From NCBI GenBank assembly GCA_041661425.1, contig JBAZUI010000003.1:10446-74445 (forward strand): a stretch of 64,000 bases of DNA, given 5' to 3'. Below, piece by piece: positions 1 to 11,600 of the stretch. Under the pieces are notes generated by a model. It worked only from the letters and a program-made list of their open reading frames with translations, was not told the DNA's origin and made no database searches. Position numbers and translations under genes: made by a program. Every line of letters begins with the position of its first letter. Within the stretch, counting starts at the first letter, position 1. Origin of the DNA: Patescibacteria group bacterium (GTDB lineage: Bacteria; Patescibacteriota; Patescibacteriia; UBA9934).

Positions 1-27
1 CTCTTTAGGCAGTTAGCCGTTCGGATT

Positions 28-786
28 ATGTCCAAATACTATACCCCTCAACGAAAGACAAAAATGTACACGCCCGGGGCAAAGAAGCCCTTTGCGCTTT
101 CGCGTTCGAAAATTGATTTATTTTTGGAATGTCCTCGTTGTTTTTATCTGGATCGTCGCCTGGGCATTGGGCGTCCAAAAGGATTTCCATTTAATTTAAA
201 CAAAGCCGTTGACGTGCTCTTGAAAAAAGAATTTGATATTCATCGTGCGAAAGGCGAGGCGCATCCACTCATCAAAAAATACGGCGTTGACGCGATTCCC
301 GTCGCGCATGCGGAGCTTGATATTTGGCGTGAGAATTTCAAAGGGGTACGATTTTTGCATGAGGAAACGAATTTTGAATTAACGGGCGCGATCGATGACC
401 TGTGGCAGAACTCGAGTGGCGAATACATCGTGGTTGATTATAAAGCAACGTCCAAGGATCAGAAGATCGAAACACTCGGTGAAGATCGGCAAATTGGGTA
501 TAAGCGACAGATGGAATTTTATCAGTGGCTTTTACGTCGTCGTGGGCTCACGGTTTCCGACACCGGTTATTTTGTGTACTGCAATGGTCGAAAGGATGCA
601 AAAGCGTTTGATGGCAAGCTGGAATTTGATATTGCACTCATTGCCTATCGGGGCGATGATTCATGGGTGGAAAAGACGATCAAAAAAGCGCATACCTGTT
701 TGAATGGGAAAAAGATTCCCGTTGCCAGCAAGGATTGTGATTATTGTCGTTATATTGAGGCGGTGAATGGAAAGACGAATCGGTAG
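28..786 (+). CDS. PD-(D/E)XK nuclease family protein (RecB/Cas4-like, 4-Cys Fe-S type)
   Basis: LSRSKIDLFLECPRCF N-terminal motif; G-AIDDL...VVDYKAT...Q-M-FYQ nuclease motifs; C-terminal CDYC. Confidence 0.85.
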   Translation: MSKYYTPQRKTKMYTPGAKKPFALSRSKIDLFLECPRCFYLDRRLGIGRPKGFPFNLNKAVDVLLKKEFDIHRAKGEAHPLIKKYGVDAIPVAHAELDIWRENFKGVRFLHEETNFELTGAIDDLWQNSSGEYIVVDYKATSKDQKIETLGEDRQIGYKRQMEFYQWLLRRRGLTVSDTGYFVYCNGRKDAKAFDGKLEFDIALIAYRGDDSWVEKTIKKAHTCLNGKKIPVASKDCDYCRYIEAVNGKTNR

Positions 787-830
787 GGGCGACCGGCCGC
801 CTGCCTGCCGGTAGGCAAGGTCGCCCTTGC
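783..830. repeat. REP-like palindrome GTAGGGGCGACC...GGTCGCCC with nested CCTGCCTGCCGGTAGGCA insert
   Basis: Inverted repeat; an un-inserted version GGGGCGACCGGCCGGTCGCCC lies at 48857-48877. Confidence 0.7.
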
Positions 831-905
831 GAGAATGAATTTTTCGTCCACAGTCGCATAGCGAATCGCTATGCGATTTTGATATAATGATTGTCATAAC
901 GGTTA

Positions 906-2630
906 GTGCTTGTGTTACATCAAAAAGGAAGGAATCAAGCGGTTGTGAGGACAATTTTTGGCGGGTTGAGCGTCAGTCTGCTGGCGGCTCCTGTTTTTGT
1001 TTTCGCACAAGACAGTTTAACGACCGTTGGCGAAACCGCCGGGATGGGTGGCGCGGATCTCATGACGATCATCGGGCGAATTATTGGCGTTTTTCTTGCC
1101 ATGCTCGGCGTGATCTTTTTGGGGCTCGTTCTCTACGCGGGGTTCTTGTGGATGACTTCAAAGGGAGAAGAGCAACAAATTCTCAAAGCAAAAAAAATGC
1201 TCATCAATGCCGTGATCGGACTCATGATTACGCTTGGCGCATACGGCATCACGAGTTTTGTTTTTGGAATGCTCACGGGTCATGGACTGTGGAACACCGG
1301 TGATGGGACTGGAACGGAAGATGACGGCGGAGTGTCAACGGAACGTCTTTCCGGGTCATTGGGCTCTGGCGGGATTGTTGATCACTACCCCGAACGTGGA
1401 GCGACCGATGTGGCGCGCAATACAAAAATTTTTGTGACGTTTCGCAATGCTATCAATACGGACGGTATCATGGATGCTGATGGAAAGCTCAACGATGGGA
1501 ACGTCGATATTTATCCAACTGCCGATGGGGAAGGGAGCGCTTTTGCCGGGGAAGAGGTGAGCGTTTCCGTGACCGAAGATTTGAAAACATTTATTTTTAC
1601 TCCTCCCACACTTGGATCGCCAACGGACGATGTTAAATATACCGTGGCTCTTTCCGATAATATCAAAGATGTTGATGGCGATAAGGTTTTGAACTCCGGT
1701 GGGTATGAATGGTTTTTTACCACAGGGACGGTGCTTGATTTGGATCCGCCAACCATCACGTCGGTTCAACCGAAGGCCGGGAAGAGCTATGCGCGAAATA
1801 TTGTTGTGGAAGTTAATTTTGATGAACCGATCGACCCAACGTCTTCCACGGGAACCTATCTTGCGTCTGACGCAACCAAACAATTTTCATCCATTCATGT
1901 TGCCGGCACAACCGGTGATTGGGTCGAGGGAGAATATGTCATGAGCAACGGCTATCAGACCATTACATTTATTACGAATGAAGTCTGTGGCACGAATTCC
2001 TGCGGCGATACGCTTTATTGTCTTCCGGGTGGAGAATTAATCGCAACAACCGTTGTGGCGGCCACCCCTGGGGCATCAGCTCCGCAGGTGGATGTCTACC
2101 CGGCAAATGGAATCGTTGATGTGGCGGGGAATGCGCTTGATGGAAATAATGATGGCACGGCCGGTGATAACTATGATTGGAGTTTTAATACCACGAATGA
2201 CATCGAACTCACGGCTCCAACCGTTTCTTCCATCTCTCCAACGATTCTTGGGGAGAATGTGGCGCTTGATCAACCGGTAACAGTCACGTTCTCCGATCTC
2301 ATGATGACTTCCACGCTCATTTCCGGAAATCTTGCGATCACGCCAAATCCCACGCATGAACTTTGGTATACGGTTCGAAGCACAGAAAAAAATGTGAGTG
2401 GGGAAGATGTCACTGAGTCCACCATGAGCCACGGAGTGTTTTTGACTTCAACCGATACAACAACCTATGTGTATCAAACAGATATTTCCAGTGTGAAGAA
2501 TCAATATCAAAATTGCTTCAATCCGGCAGATGGCCCGGGAAAAGTATCTGCCATGTGCGGAACGTCCGCGGCTTTGCCGTATTGTTGCAATGGGGTCGCC
2601 TCGGCCGCAATTTGTAATTTCTTTCAATAA
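906..2630 (+). CDS. Surface protein: TrbC/VirB2-like (T4SS) pilin N-terminus plus Ig-like (Big_5) domains
   Basis: IIGRIIGVFLAMLG...YAGFLWMTSKGEE...KAKKMLINAVIGL pilin signature; repeated P-x-V-x-RN-x-V-x-F-EPID Ig strands; TATAAT at 883-888; exact start uncertain. Confidence 0.8.
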   Translation: MLVLHQKGRNQAVVRTIFGGLSVSLLAAPVFVFAQDSLTTVGETAGMGGADLMTIIGRIIGVFLAMLGVIFLGLVLYAGFLWMTSKGEEQQILKAKKMLINAVIGLMITLGAYGITSFVFGMLTGHGLWNTGDGTGTEDDGGVSTERLSGSLGSGGIVDHYPERGATDVARNTKIFVTFRNAINTDGIMDADGKLNDGNVDIYPTADGEGSAFAGEEVSVSVTEDLKTFIFTPPTLGSPTDDVKYTVALSDNIKDVDGDKVLNSGGYEWFFTTGTVLDLDPPTITSVQPKAGKSYARNIVVEVNFDEPIDPTSSTGTYLASDATKQFSSIHVAGTTGDWVEGEYVMSNGYQTITFITNEVCGTNSCGDTLYCLPGGELIATTVVAATPGASAPQVDVYPANGIVDVAGNALDGNNDGTAGDNYDWSFNTTNDIELTAPTVSSISPTILGENVALDQPVTVTFSDLMMTSTLISGNLAITPNPTHELWYTVRSTEKNVSGEDVTESTMSHGVFLTSTDTTTYVYQTDISSVKNQYQNCFNPADGPGKVSAMCGTSAALPYCCNGVASAAICNFFQ

Positions 2631-2631
2631 C

Positions 2632-5600
2632 ATGCAACGCTTTTTTCTTTCATTGTTCATGGCATTCACCTTGCTCACGGGCGCAGGGGTCTTTCAGGTT
2701 TCTCATGTGTACGCCCAGACCGAGAGTCTCGAGACCGTTGGGGAAACCGCCGGGTTGAGTGCTGAGGATCCGAAAGTAATTATCGGGCGCATTATTCGAA
2801 CTGGACTCGGGGTGTTGGGGATCATTGCCACCTTAATTGTGCTCTACGGTGGCTGGCGATACATGACAGCGGGTGGGGATGCCGACAAAGTCGATAAAGC
2901 GAAAAAAATTCTCATCAACGGGGGAATCGGGCTTGTGATCATTCTCGCCTCGTATGCGATTACATCATTTGTTATTTCATCGCTTCTTAATGCGAGCGAC
3001 GGCGGAGGTGGGGGTGGCGGAGGTGGAGGTGATGGGGGAGGAGGACTTGGTGGAGGAAATGTTGCCACGTTTACCGTGACGAGTATTCGACCAAGCGGCG
3101 AAGTCTCGATTCGAAATATCAAAGTGACGGCAACACTGAGTCGAACGCTTTCCGCAACGCTTCCGGCCGATGCCATCCTTATTGCCAATGAGTCTGGTGA
3201 TCTTGTAGAGGGAACCATTGTCGCCGAAGGAAATTCTCTGACGTTTACTCCGATTGAATTTTGCCCAACGCCAAATGACGATCTCTTTTGTTTTGAAGAA
3301 AATACCACCTATACCGTGACCATCTCGAGTGATCTTGAAAGTTCAACTGGCACGAGTATCACTTGCGGCACGAATTGTTCGGGGACATTTACTTCCGGGA
3401 GTCTTGTGGATACGGAAGATCCTTTTGTGAGCATCACCTACCCCGATGATGGTGCGCGCATTCCGTATAGTCTTGGAGCCTCTATGATTCAGGCGGAAGC
3501 AACAGATGATTCGGAAATCTCAACAATTAGCTTTTACGAAAATGATTCTTTGTATGATGTTGTCCCGGCAAGCGGGCTCGACCTTTCCGACGTCCTTCTT
3601 TCAATGAATTGGGAGTGGTCATCGAGTCTTGCGGAAAATGCGACCGTGGCACTTAAAGCAATCGCGACCGATCTCGCGGGAAACACGGATAGTGATCGCA
3701 TTTCCGTACGCTTGAACCCGGCACATTGTTATAACGATGTACTCGACGCTGATTCAGGAGAAACATCTGTGGATTGCGGTGGCGATTGCGGGACTTGTGA
3801 CGGCGATGCGTGTACCGCGAATCTTGATTGCGCGAGCGGGGTTTGCATAGAAGGATTTTGCGTGGTTCCCCCGGTTATTACTTCTTTTACACCAACTGAT
3901 GCTGGTTTCGGGAGTTTTGTGACCATCACAGGAACTGGATTTGGACGGTCGGGAACGGTTTCATTTACGGGAGCAGATGGATCTCTTTTGACAGCGCAAA
4001 TCGCTTCATGCAGTGATGGGTGGAGCAGTGAGGAATTGGTTGTCGTGGTTCCGGAAGGAGTGAGTGACGGGCCTCTCACGCTGGTGGTTGGTGGTCTCAC
4101 CGAGAAAACGGATGATGAAAACGGTCCTCTTCTCGCGGATTTTACGATTGATTCAGAACCAACCGTGAGTCTGTGTCGGTTGAGTCCATCAAGCGGATAC
4201 GCGGGATCGACATTGACCATTACCGGACAAAATTTCGGAACACAAATTGATACATCGAGCGTTTTATTTGATGGTGTCACTCCGGCCACGATCAAGAGTT
4301 GGAAAGCGGATTCGATTCAGGTGACCGTTCCTTCTCTTGCGGGTAAGTCTTATGCGGTGACCGTGGTGAACGCGAATCTTTCCAATGCGCTTTCATTCGA
4401 TTTAAAAGCGGCATCGAGTTGGGAATCAACAGAAGCCATGCCAGTCATGAGCGCGATCACGCCAACGAGTGGTGGAAAAAATCAGTACCTCACGATTTCA
4501 GGATCAAATTTTGGATCATCGATTGGTGTGGTGTGGTTTGAAAATCCGACAAGTGGATACACGGCCATGGGAAGTGCAGATTTTCCGGAAGCCTGCAGTA
4601 CGACGTTCTGGAGCGATGATGAAATTACGATCATGGTGCCGGAGAGCTACATCAATGATGAATCGATTGCGATATCGGAACATACGGTCTTTGTGGCACG
4701 CCAAGATGGAAAAGAATCAAATAGCATTGATTTTACGATCACAACCGCCAATCCAACGCCGGGAATTTGTGGAATCGTGCCGGAAGAGGGAGCTCCGGGG
4801 ACGAGTGTGGTGATTTACGGGGATGGGTTTGGTGCGGGTGAAGGAGATATCCGTTTTTACAATGAAGCGCGAGCGAATTTTTCATCGTGGAACGATTCGG
4901 AAATCGTCACCGCAACTCCCGCGGCCGCTAAAAGTGGACCGGTGACGGTGATTGATGAAAATAGCGTAAAAAGTAATGGCGCGAACTTTTTGATTACCGG
5001 TTCCTCAGATCTTGACCCGGTTATTCCATTTATTCCAAAATACAGTTGGATTTTTTCCACTGGAAATATTCCTTTAGCACCGGAACCGATATTCGCTTGT
5101 TCGGAAACGCAAATCAGTGGCGTGCCGAATAAAGATTTCTCAAGCAATATTTGTCTCAACGCGAGTCTCTATGTGGAATTCACCATGCCGATGTCGACGA
5201 TCACGACCGATGGGTTTGTGGTTGAGGCATGTGAAACGAGTACGTGTAAAAATACCACTGTCGTTGAGGGAATGATCAATCAAGTCTCCTCAACGTCCGT
5301 TTATTTCTATCCGGATGAATTGTTACCCTCAACAACGTATCGCGTCACGCTCACAACGGATTCGCAATCAACAGATGGGGTGCCGCTCGGAAATGACGTG
5401 AGCTGGACGTTTACGACCGGAACTTCTGGAACGCAATGCCTTGTTGAAAAGATGTATGTGAGTCCGGAAACAATCACGGTGAATGCAATTGGCTCGACCG
5501 GTCAATTTAATGGGGTACCGGCAACGGCGGATTGTGTGCCGCTTGACTCACCATCTTATCTTTACACCTGGACCATTAATGAATCCTATGCTTCGAAAGG

Positions 5601-8600
5601 AAGCTGTAGCCCGAGCGCAAGTTCCTGTATGAAAGCAACAGCTTTGGCGGAAGGAACTGCGGCGGTGACGGTTAAGGAATCAGCGTCCGGTGTGAGTGGT
5701 GCTGGGAGTTTTGTCATTGATTTTACCGATCCGGAAGTGACAGCGTATTGGCCAAATTGTACCGAGGCGTGCGTGAACAGTGCCATTGGCGCCCGTTTTA
5801 ATACATCCATGGATAATTCTCTCGAGGACGCGGGAATGGTGACGCTCTCGAAATGTGAAAATGAACTTTGTGCCAATCTTGATGCCGGTGATTTGGTTTC
5901 GGCGGGTGTCGTTTGTGTGGCTGGAGCTGATGGAACGCCCTGTGTGGAAATGGCGCTCTCGCCTCTCACGACACTTGCCGCGAACACCTATTATAAAGTG
6001 ATGATTTCAGGGGAGATTGCGTCTTTGAGCGGGGTGACGCTTACCAAAACAAATGACGGCGAGGACTTCTCGTGGATTTTCGCAACCAAGAATGATGGAA
6101 CGCTTTGCTCGATTGATCGTGCGAGCGTGGAACCAGCAGAGGCACTTCTCAATGCGGTCGGTGAACGTCAATCCTTCTCGGTTTCGGCCTATGGAGAACC
6201 GGATGAATGTTCTGTGGCCGGTCAGGAATTGGTGGCAAGTGATTATGCGTGGGTGTGGGAAAATCCAATCATCAACGATCTTGATGTGGCGGCGTGGAAG
6301 ACGGTTGGCGGAGCGCTCTTTGATGCGGATGCGAGCTCAGTCTCGGGATGCACGAGTTCTTGCATGGCCTCAGGAAGTGATTCTTATGACGCGGTCTGCG
6401 CGAATGGTGCGCTTGAAGTTGGAGAAGAATGCGAGGATGGAAATCTCACGGAAGGGGATGGATGCTCGGCTCATTGTTTGCGTGAAGGAAAAGGCGGGGG
6501 AGGATCGTGTGGGGACGGGACGCTCAATCGCAGTGCAAGCGGTGCCGGGGAAGATTGTGATGACGGCAATACGAAGAGTGGCGATGGATGTTCCTCAACC
6601 TGTCTCAATGAAGGAGCAAATGCCGTTGCAGGAACGTGTGGAAATACAAGTATCGCTTATGCGGAAAATCAGGGAGGAGAGGATTGTGATGACGGAAATA
6701 AAAAGAGCGGTGATGGATGTTCGTCGAATTGTGTCAACGAAGGCTCACGAAGTTATGCGGAACTTTTTGCGGTTTGCGGCGATGGCGCGGTGACGGTTCC
6801 GTATGAATCCTGTGACGATGGAAATGGGCTAAACGAGGATGGATGTTCTTCTTCCTGCGTACGTGAAGGAACAATTGTTGGAATGACGTGTGGCAATGGA
6901 GCCGTTGAGAGACTCTCTTCAAATGCCGGGGAAGATTGTGATGACGGCAATACCGTCGATGGCGATGGCTGTTCCTCGCAGTGTACGTTTGAAGGTTCCT
7001 CCTCTTCTTATGTGACTCCTTCTGTTTGCGGCGATGGGCATGCGGGAATTGGTGAGGATTTCAATTGTGAGTTATTGGCTTCAGGTGATGGCAATATTGA
7101 TCCGATCCAGGATGCAGAAATCATGAACACCGCGGTCGACTTGGTTGATACGGAAACGCAACGTGCAACCGCCACGATTCGTGTGAAGGAACTAACTTCG
7201 AGCGTTGGAAGCGCATCAACTCTTTCGCTTTCCTGCGTGGCAGAAACAGCCGAGGATTGCCCCAGTGCTTCGCTTTATGGCGTTTCAGAAAATGGATGTT
7301 GTCTTCCGCGACCAACCGCGACGCTCATGCCAAACAGCAATGACGTTTGTTTGAACGCGTCGGTCTATGCCATTTTCTCGCAAGAAATGGATTTGGCCTC
7401 ATTTACCGATCGTGTCTATCTTCAACTCGATACCACGGTGATTGGAACCTGTCCAACCTCAAGCGGATACGAAGTTTACACTCCATCCACCACAACCGCT
7501 TCGAGCTTCATTCAAAAAGTTTTTTCTTTTGTTGTCTCGTCCATGTTTGCCCAATCAACCGGACCCTGTATTCTCCCGATTGTCTCTTCTTCGCAGGAAG
7601 CATTGACCGACGGCTCCTACAAAGTGACATTCAGAGTTGAGCATCCTCTCTATCCGGAGACCCAACATATGCTCGTCATTTTTGGGGATCAGACGAGTCG
7701 CGATCTGTCATTGCTTGTTGGTGGGTTGTCATTATCAGGTTCAACCGATTCGACAAGTGAGTGGTTGGGTGTTGTAGATAGTCATGGGATTGGGCTCTAT
7801 CTTACGACCGTTCAAACATTTACCACGACTGATTCCATGTGTCGGCTCGATGAAGTGATTATCACAGACTCTGCTGATGCGCCGGGCATGTTTACCTCTG
7901 CCAATGAATCGCATGATTTTTCAGCCGATGCCTATTCGTATCAAACCGGTTCGCGTCAAGAAATCGCTTCATTGCCCGGTGTTTACGCCTGGAAGTGGGA
8001 TCCTTGGCAGAGTTCGGATTCAACGATCGCTGTTATTGATTCTTCGAGCGAGGATACAGCCGTGATTTCTTCTTTGGAAACAAGCGGATCGTCAACGATT
8101 ATCGCTTCGGCGGCCGTGACCGAAGATGCGGTGGGAACCGATGAAACCGATGCGCTCACACGCTCGGATGATTATCAGGTTGAAGTGAGCATCTGCAATA
8201 TGCCATGGCCGGATTATGCCAACTATCCATTTATCGACGATGCCACCGGGACCGTTGATGGGACAAAGAAAGGCATTGCTTGGATGAATTTCTCTACGCA
8301 TTATTGTCGCGATGCAGGACTCCCCAGCGTGAGCGTGATTGCCCCGCCTGAGACAAAATCAGAAAATGTCATCAAAGAGTATCTTTTGAAAGTCGATGAT
8401 GGATCAGGGGATGCCATTGGTCTTCGTATTGCAAGTAATGAGGATTATCTTCCACCGGAGTTGTGGTATCGCGCTCAAGGATTTGCCGGCAGTCCAAGCA
8501 ATGAAAACGTGGATGGATTTGAAGCGGTTCGTGATGGGCGCACGGTTTATATTTCCGCGCCAAACTATGTTGCGGCGCTCAGTGCAGATAAAAGGAAATC

Positions 8601-11600
8601 GACTGTCAGCGCTCTTTATCCGAATATCTACATTCTTTCTTACAATGAAGGGGCGAGTGATGATACCATTGAAATTTTTAATCAAATCGTTGCCAATCTT
8701 TCGCTCATGACCAATGTTTCTTCCGCGGGTTTCTGTACCATTGTCAATAACAAATGGACCATTGGGGGCGCCTATACCACAACCACCTGTTCCTCGGATT
8801 TTGATTGTGGCGTTGGTGAGACTTGTGGGGATGTGCGTTCAAAAATTCAACGTGATGCCGCGCGCCTTACGGATCTTCGCACAATTGAAAATGCCTTAGC
8901 CGTCTACGGGGCAAGCAACGGCACTTGCTCGGCCACGACTTCACAACGTTGTACCAAATCAAGCGATTGCCCGACCGATGAATCATGTACGCCGTCGTAT
9001 CCGCAACTTGAGAGCGGAACGTACGTTCGGAGCCTTGTTGTGAGTTCATGGTCATCGTGGAATGAAGCGTTTGGAAAAACATTAGGTACCACTCTTCCGC
9101 TCGATCCAATCAATGAAGCTCCGGCTTGCGGAGTGGCGGATTCTTCTTTTGAGTCCTATGAAGCCGATACGTGCGTGAACACGACGACTGGTGCGTATCT
9201 TTGTCCTCTCAATTCCTATGCGTATCACTATCGTTCACTCGGCCCAAATGATTTTGATCTTACGGCTGAACTTGAATATCGTCTGGCGGATTGGGTCTAT
9301 GATATTGATACCTCCACGACGTATGATTTGATCGTTGGCGGGAATACCAGCACAAAAGTGGAAGGGTTTACCGGTGGAACGGCTTATTGCGATTCCTCAA
9401 CGGTCTATGGAAGCTCTTCGAGTTGCGGAGACGGTATTGTTGGCTCTGGAGAGACGTGTGAACTCGGTGAGGTGGGTCCATTGGTGAGCTGCACGGATAG
9501 TGCCGGGTTCTCGGGAACTTCGACACAAGTGTGTAACGCAACCTGCAAGGGGTGGACCTTGCCGACCGGTGCCACGTGTACGGCGTATTCCTGTGGAAAT
9601 GGACTTGTGGAATCGGGAGAAATTTGCGATGACGGTTCGCTCAATGGCACGTATGGTTTTTGCGGGTACGATTGCACGTATGGTTCTGGATTCTCTTGCG
9701 GTGATGGTTCGCTCGCAAGCGGAGAATTCTGTGATTGTGGATCCGCGACATCAAGCGGACGCACATACGGCGGGGGATTGTGTACCACGTACGGCGTTTT
9801 GAATGGGTCGTACCAAACAAATCCGGCGAATTCTTGTTCTTGGGATTGTACGGGCCCGGCGAGTTATTGCGGTGACGGTGCGGTTGACTCTGGTGAGGAA
9901 TGCGATGGGAATGTTGAAACCTATTCCGGACTTCTTTGTCGGCAAGGAATAACAAATATTGGAAGGACACAATCATCGAATGTCGGGAAAACATGTTTAC
10001 AAGATTCTGATTGTGGCACATTGGGTCGGTGTGGTGGAGTGGGGTCAGAACCGGTTTATGATGCTTGCCCAAACACAACGGTGTGTCTTTTGGGAGACGT
10101 AAATCTTCTTGGCTCGGCCTGTACCGTTGATAGCGATTGCGACAGCGTCGAAGGGGATGATGGCGTGTGTTCCGATGACGCGTTCCAAACAACACGAACC
10201 CGTACGTGTGCGGATGATGGCGCGAGCGGTGATGCGTGCACATGGGAAAGTCAATGGATGGATTTGGGGTGCAAGGCAGAAGTTCTTTGTGGAAATGGAG
10301 TGGTCGATAGTGGCGAAGCGTGCGACGATGGCAATGATTCCAATACTGATGACTGCACCGTGCAATGTACAAACAATTATTGCGGCGATGGCTATCTTTA
10401 CGAAAGTGTAGAGGAGTGTGATGAAGGATCATTGAACGGTGTTTCTTGTTCCTCAGCCTATGAAGCCGGGTGTTCCTATTGTTCGGAATCTTGTCTTTCG
10501 GTTGCGGAGAGCGGAACGTTCTGTGGTGATGGTGTCCGAAACGGAGGAGAGTATTGTGATGCCGGCGATATGCCTTACCTTTATGTGAACAACGATGGAT
10601 CGTTTAACGGAACGTGTGAATCAAGTGAGAAGGGCGAGAGCACGAGTGATGGTACGAGCACGTATTATTGTGCAAATGTTGGGGTCTGCGACGGAGGATC
10701 AGAGCAGGGAGATGTCTGCATCGCCTTTAGCACCGTCGCCATAGACTCGCTTTCCGTAGTGCTCTCAGATCTTTCTTCCTGCCCTGGTGGCACCTGTGTT
10801 TATCCATCATGTTCTCCAACGTGTGAGAGCAGCTGTCCGTTTACCAATGAATCAACGTCCATTCTCATGACCACGAATACGGATCGGACTAATCCGGTCG
10901 AGGAGATCTCGCTCGAGACCTACGGCATGCTCTCGGTTGATCGTGATGCGGGAACCATCATTCCAACCGCAGGAACACTTATGATGCCGGCATGCTCGAG
11001 CGCGAACAGTTTGCGCGCCAAGGTTTCATTTGAAGATTTTACTCGTCCACAAAATTATCTTGTTTTCGTTACGGATCTCTCTGCCTCCATGGCAACGACA
11101 TTCGAGAGCGGCGAGACTCGGCTCGAGGTGACAGAAGAGAGTATTCTTACTGCCGGAAAATCCCTCTTTAATGCATTAGGAGAAATGATTCGCGTGAGCA
11201 CGGTTGGGTATCAAGGTGGGAATGTTTATCTTCCCGGCGATGTTATTTCTGGCTATTCCGCGGGTGATGGGTTTATCAGCTCAGAAGCCTACGATGATCT
11301 CGCAACTGTTATTGCCTCTTATAGTCCCGGGGGCGGAACAAATACCTTCGGTGGTCTAGAGGCGGCAAAGAATCTTCTCGATGGAATCTCCGATGAAAAT
11401 ACACGAAAGATGGTCGTGCTCATGACAGATGGAGATTACACGGAAATTTACGGAGATCCCATGTATATGGCGTGTGTTCTTAAGGACGATGGGATTGAGT
11501 TATTTACAGCAACATTAGCGTCGGGGACACAGAGTACACTCAGCTCCGATGGGAATGAATGCGAAAAATATAAGAATAGCGATGGGACGTATATGAGCTA

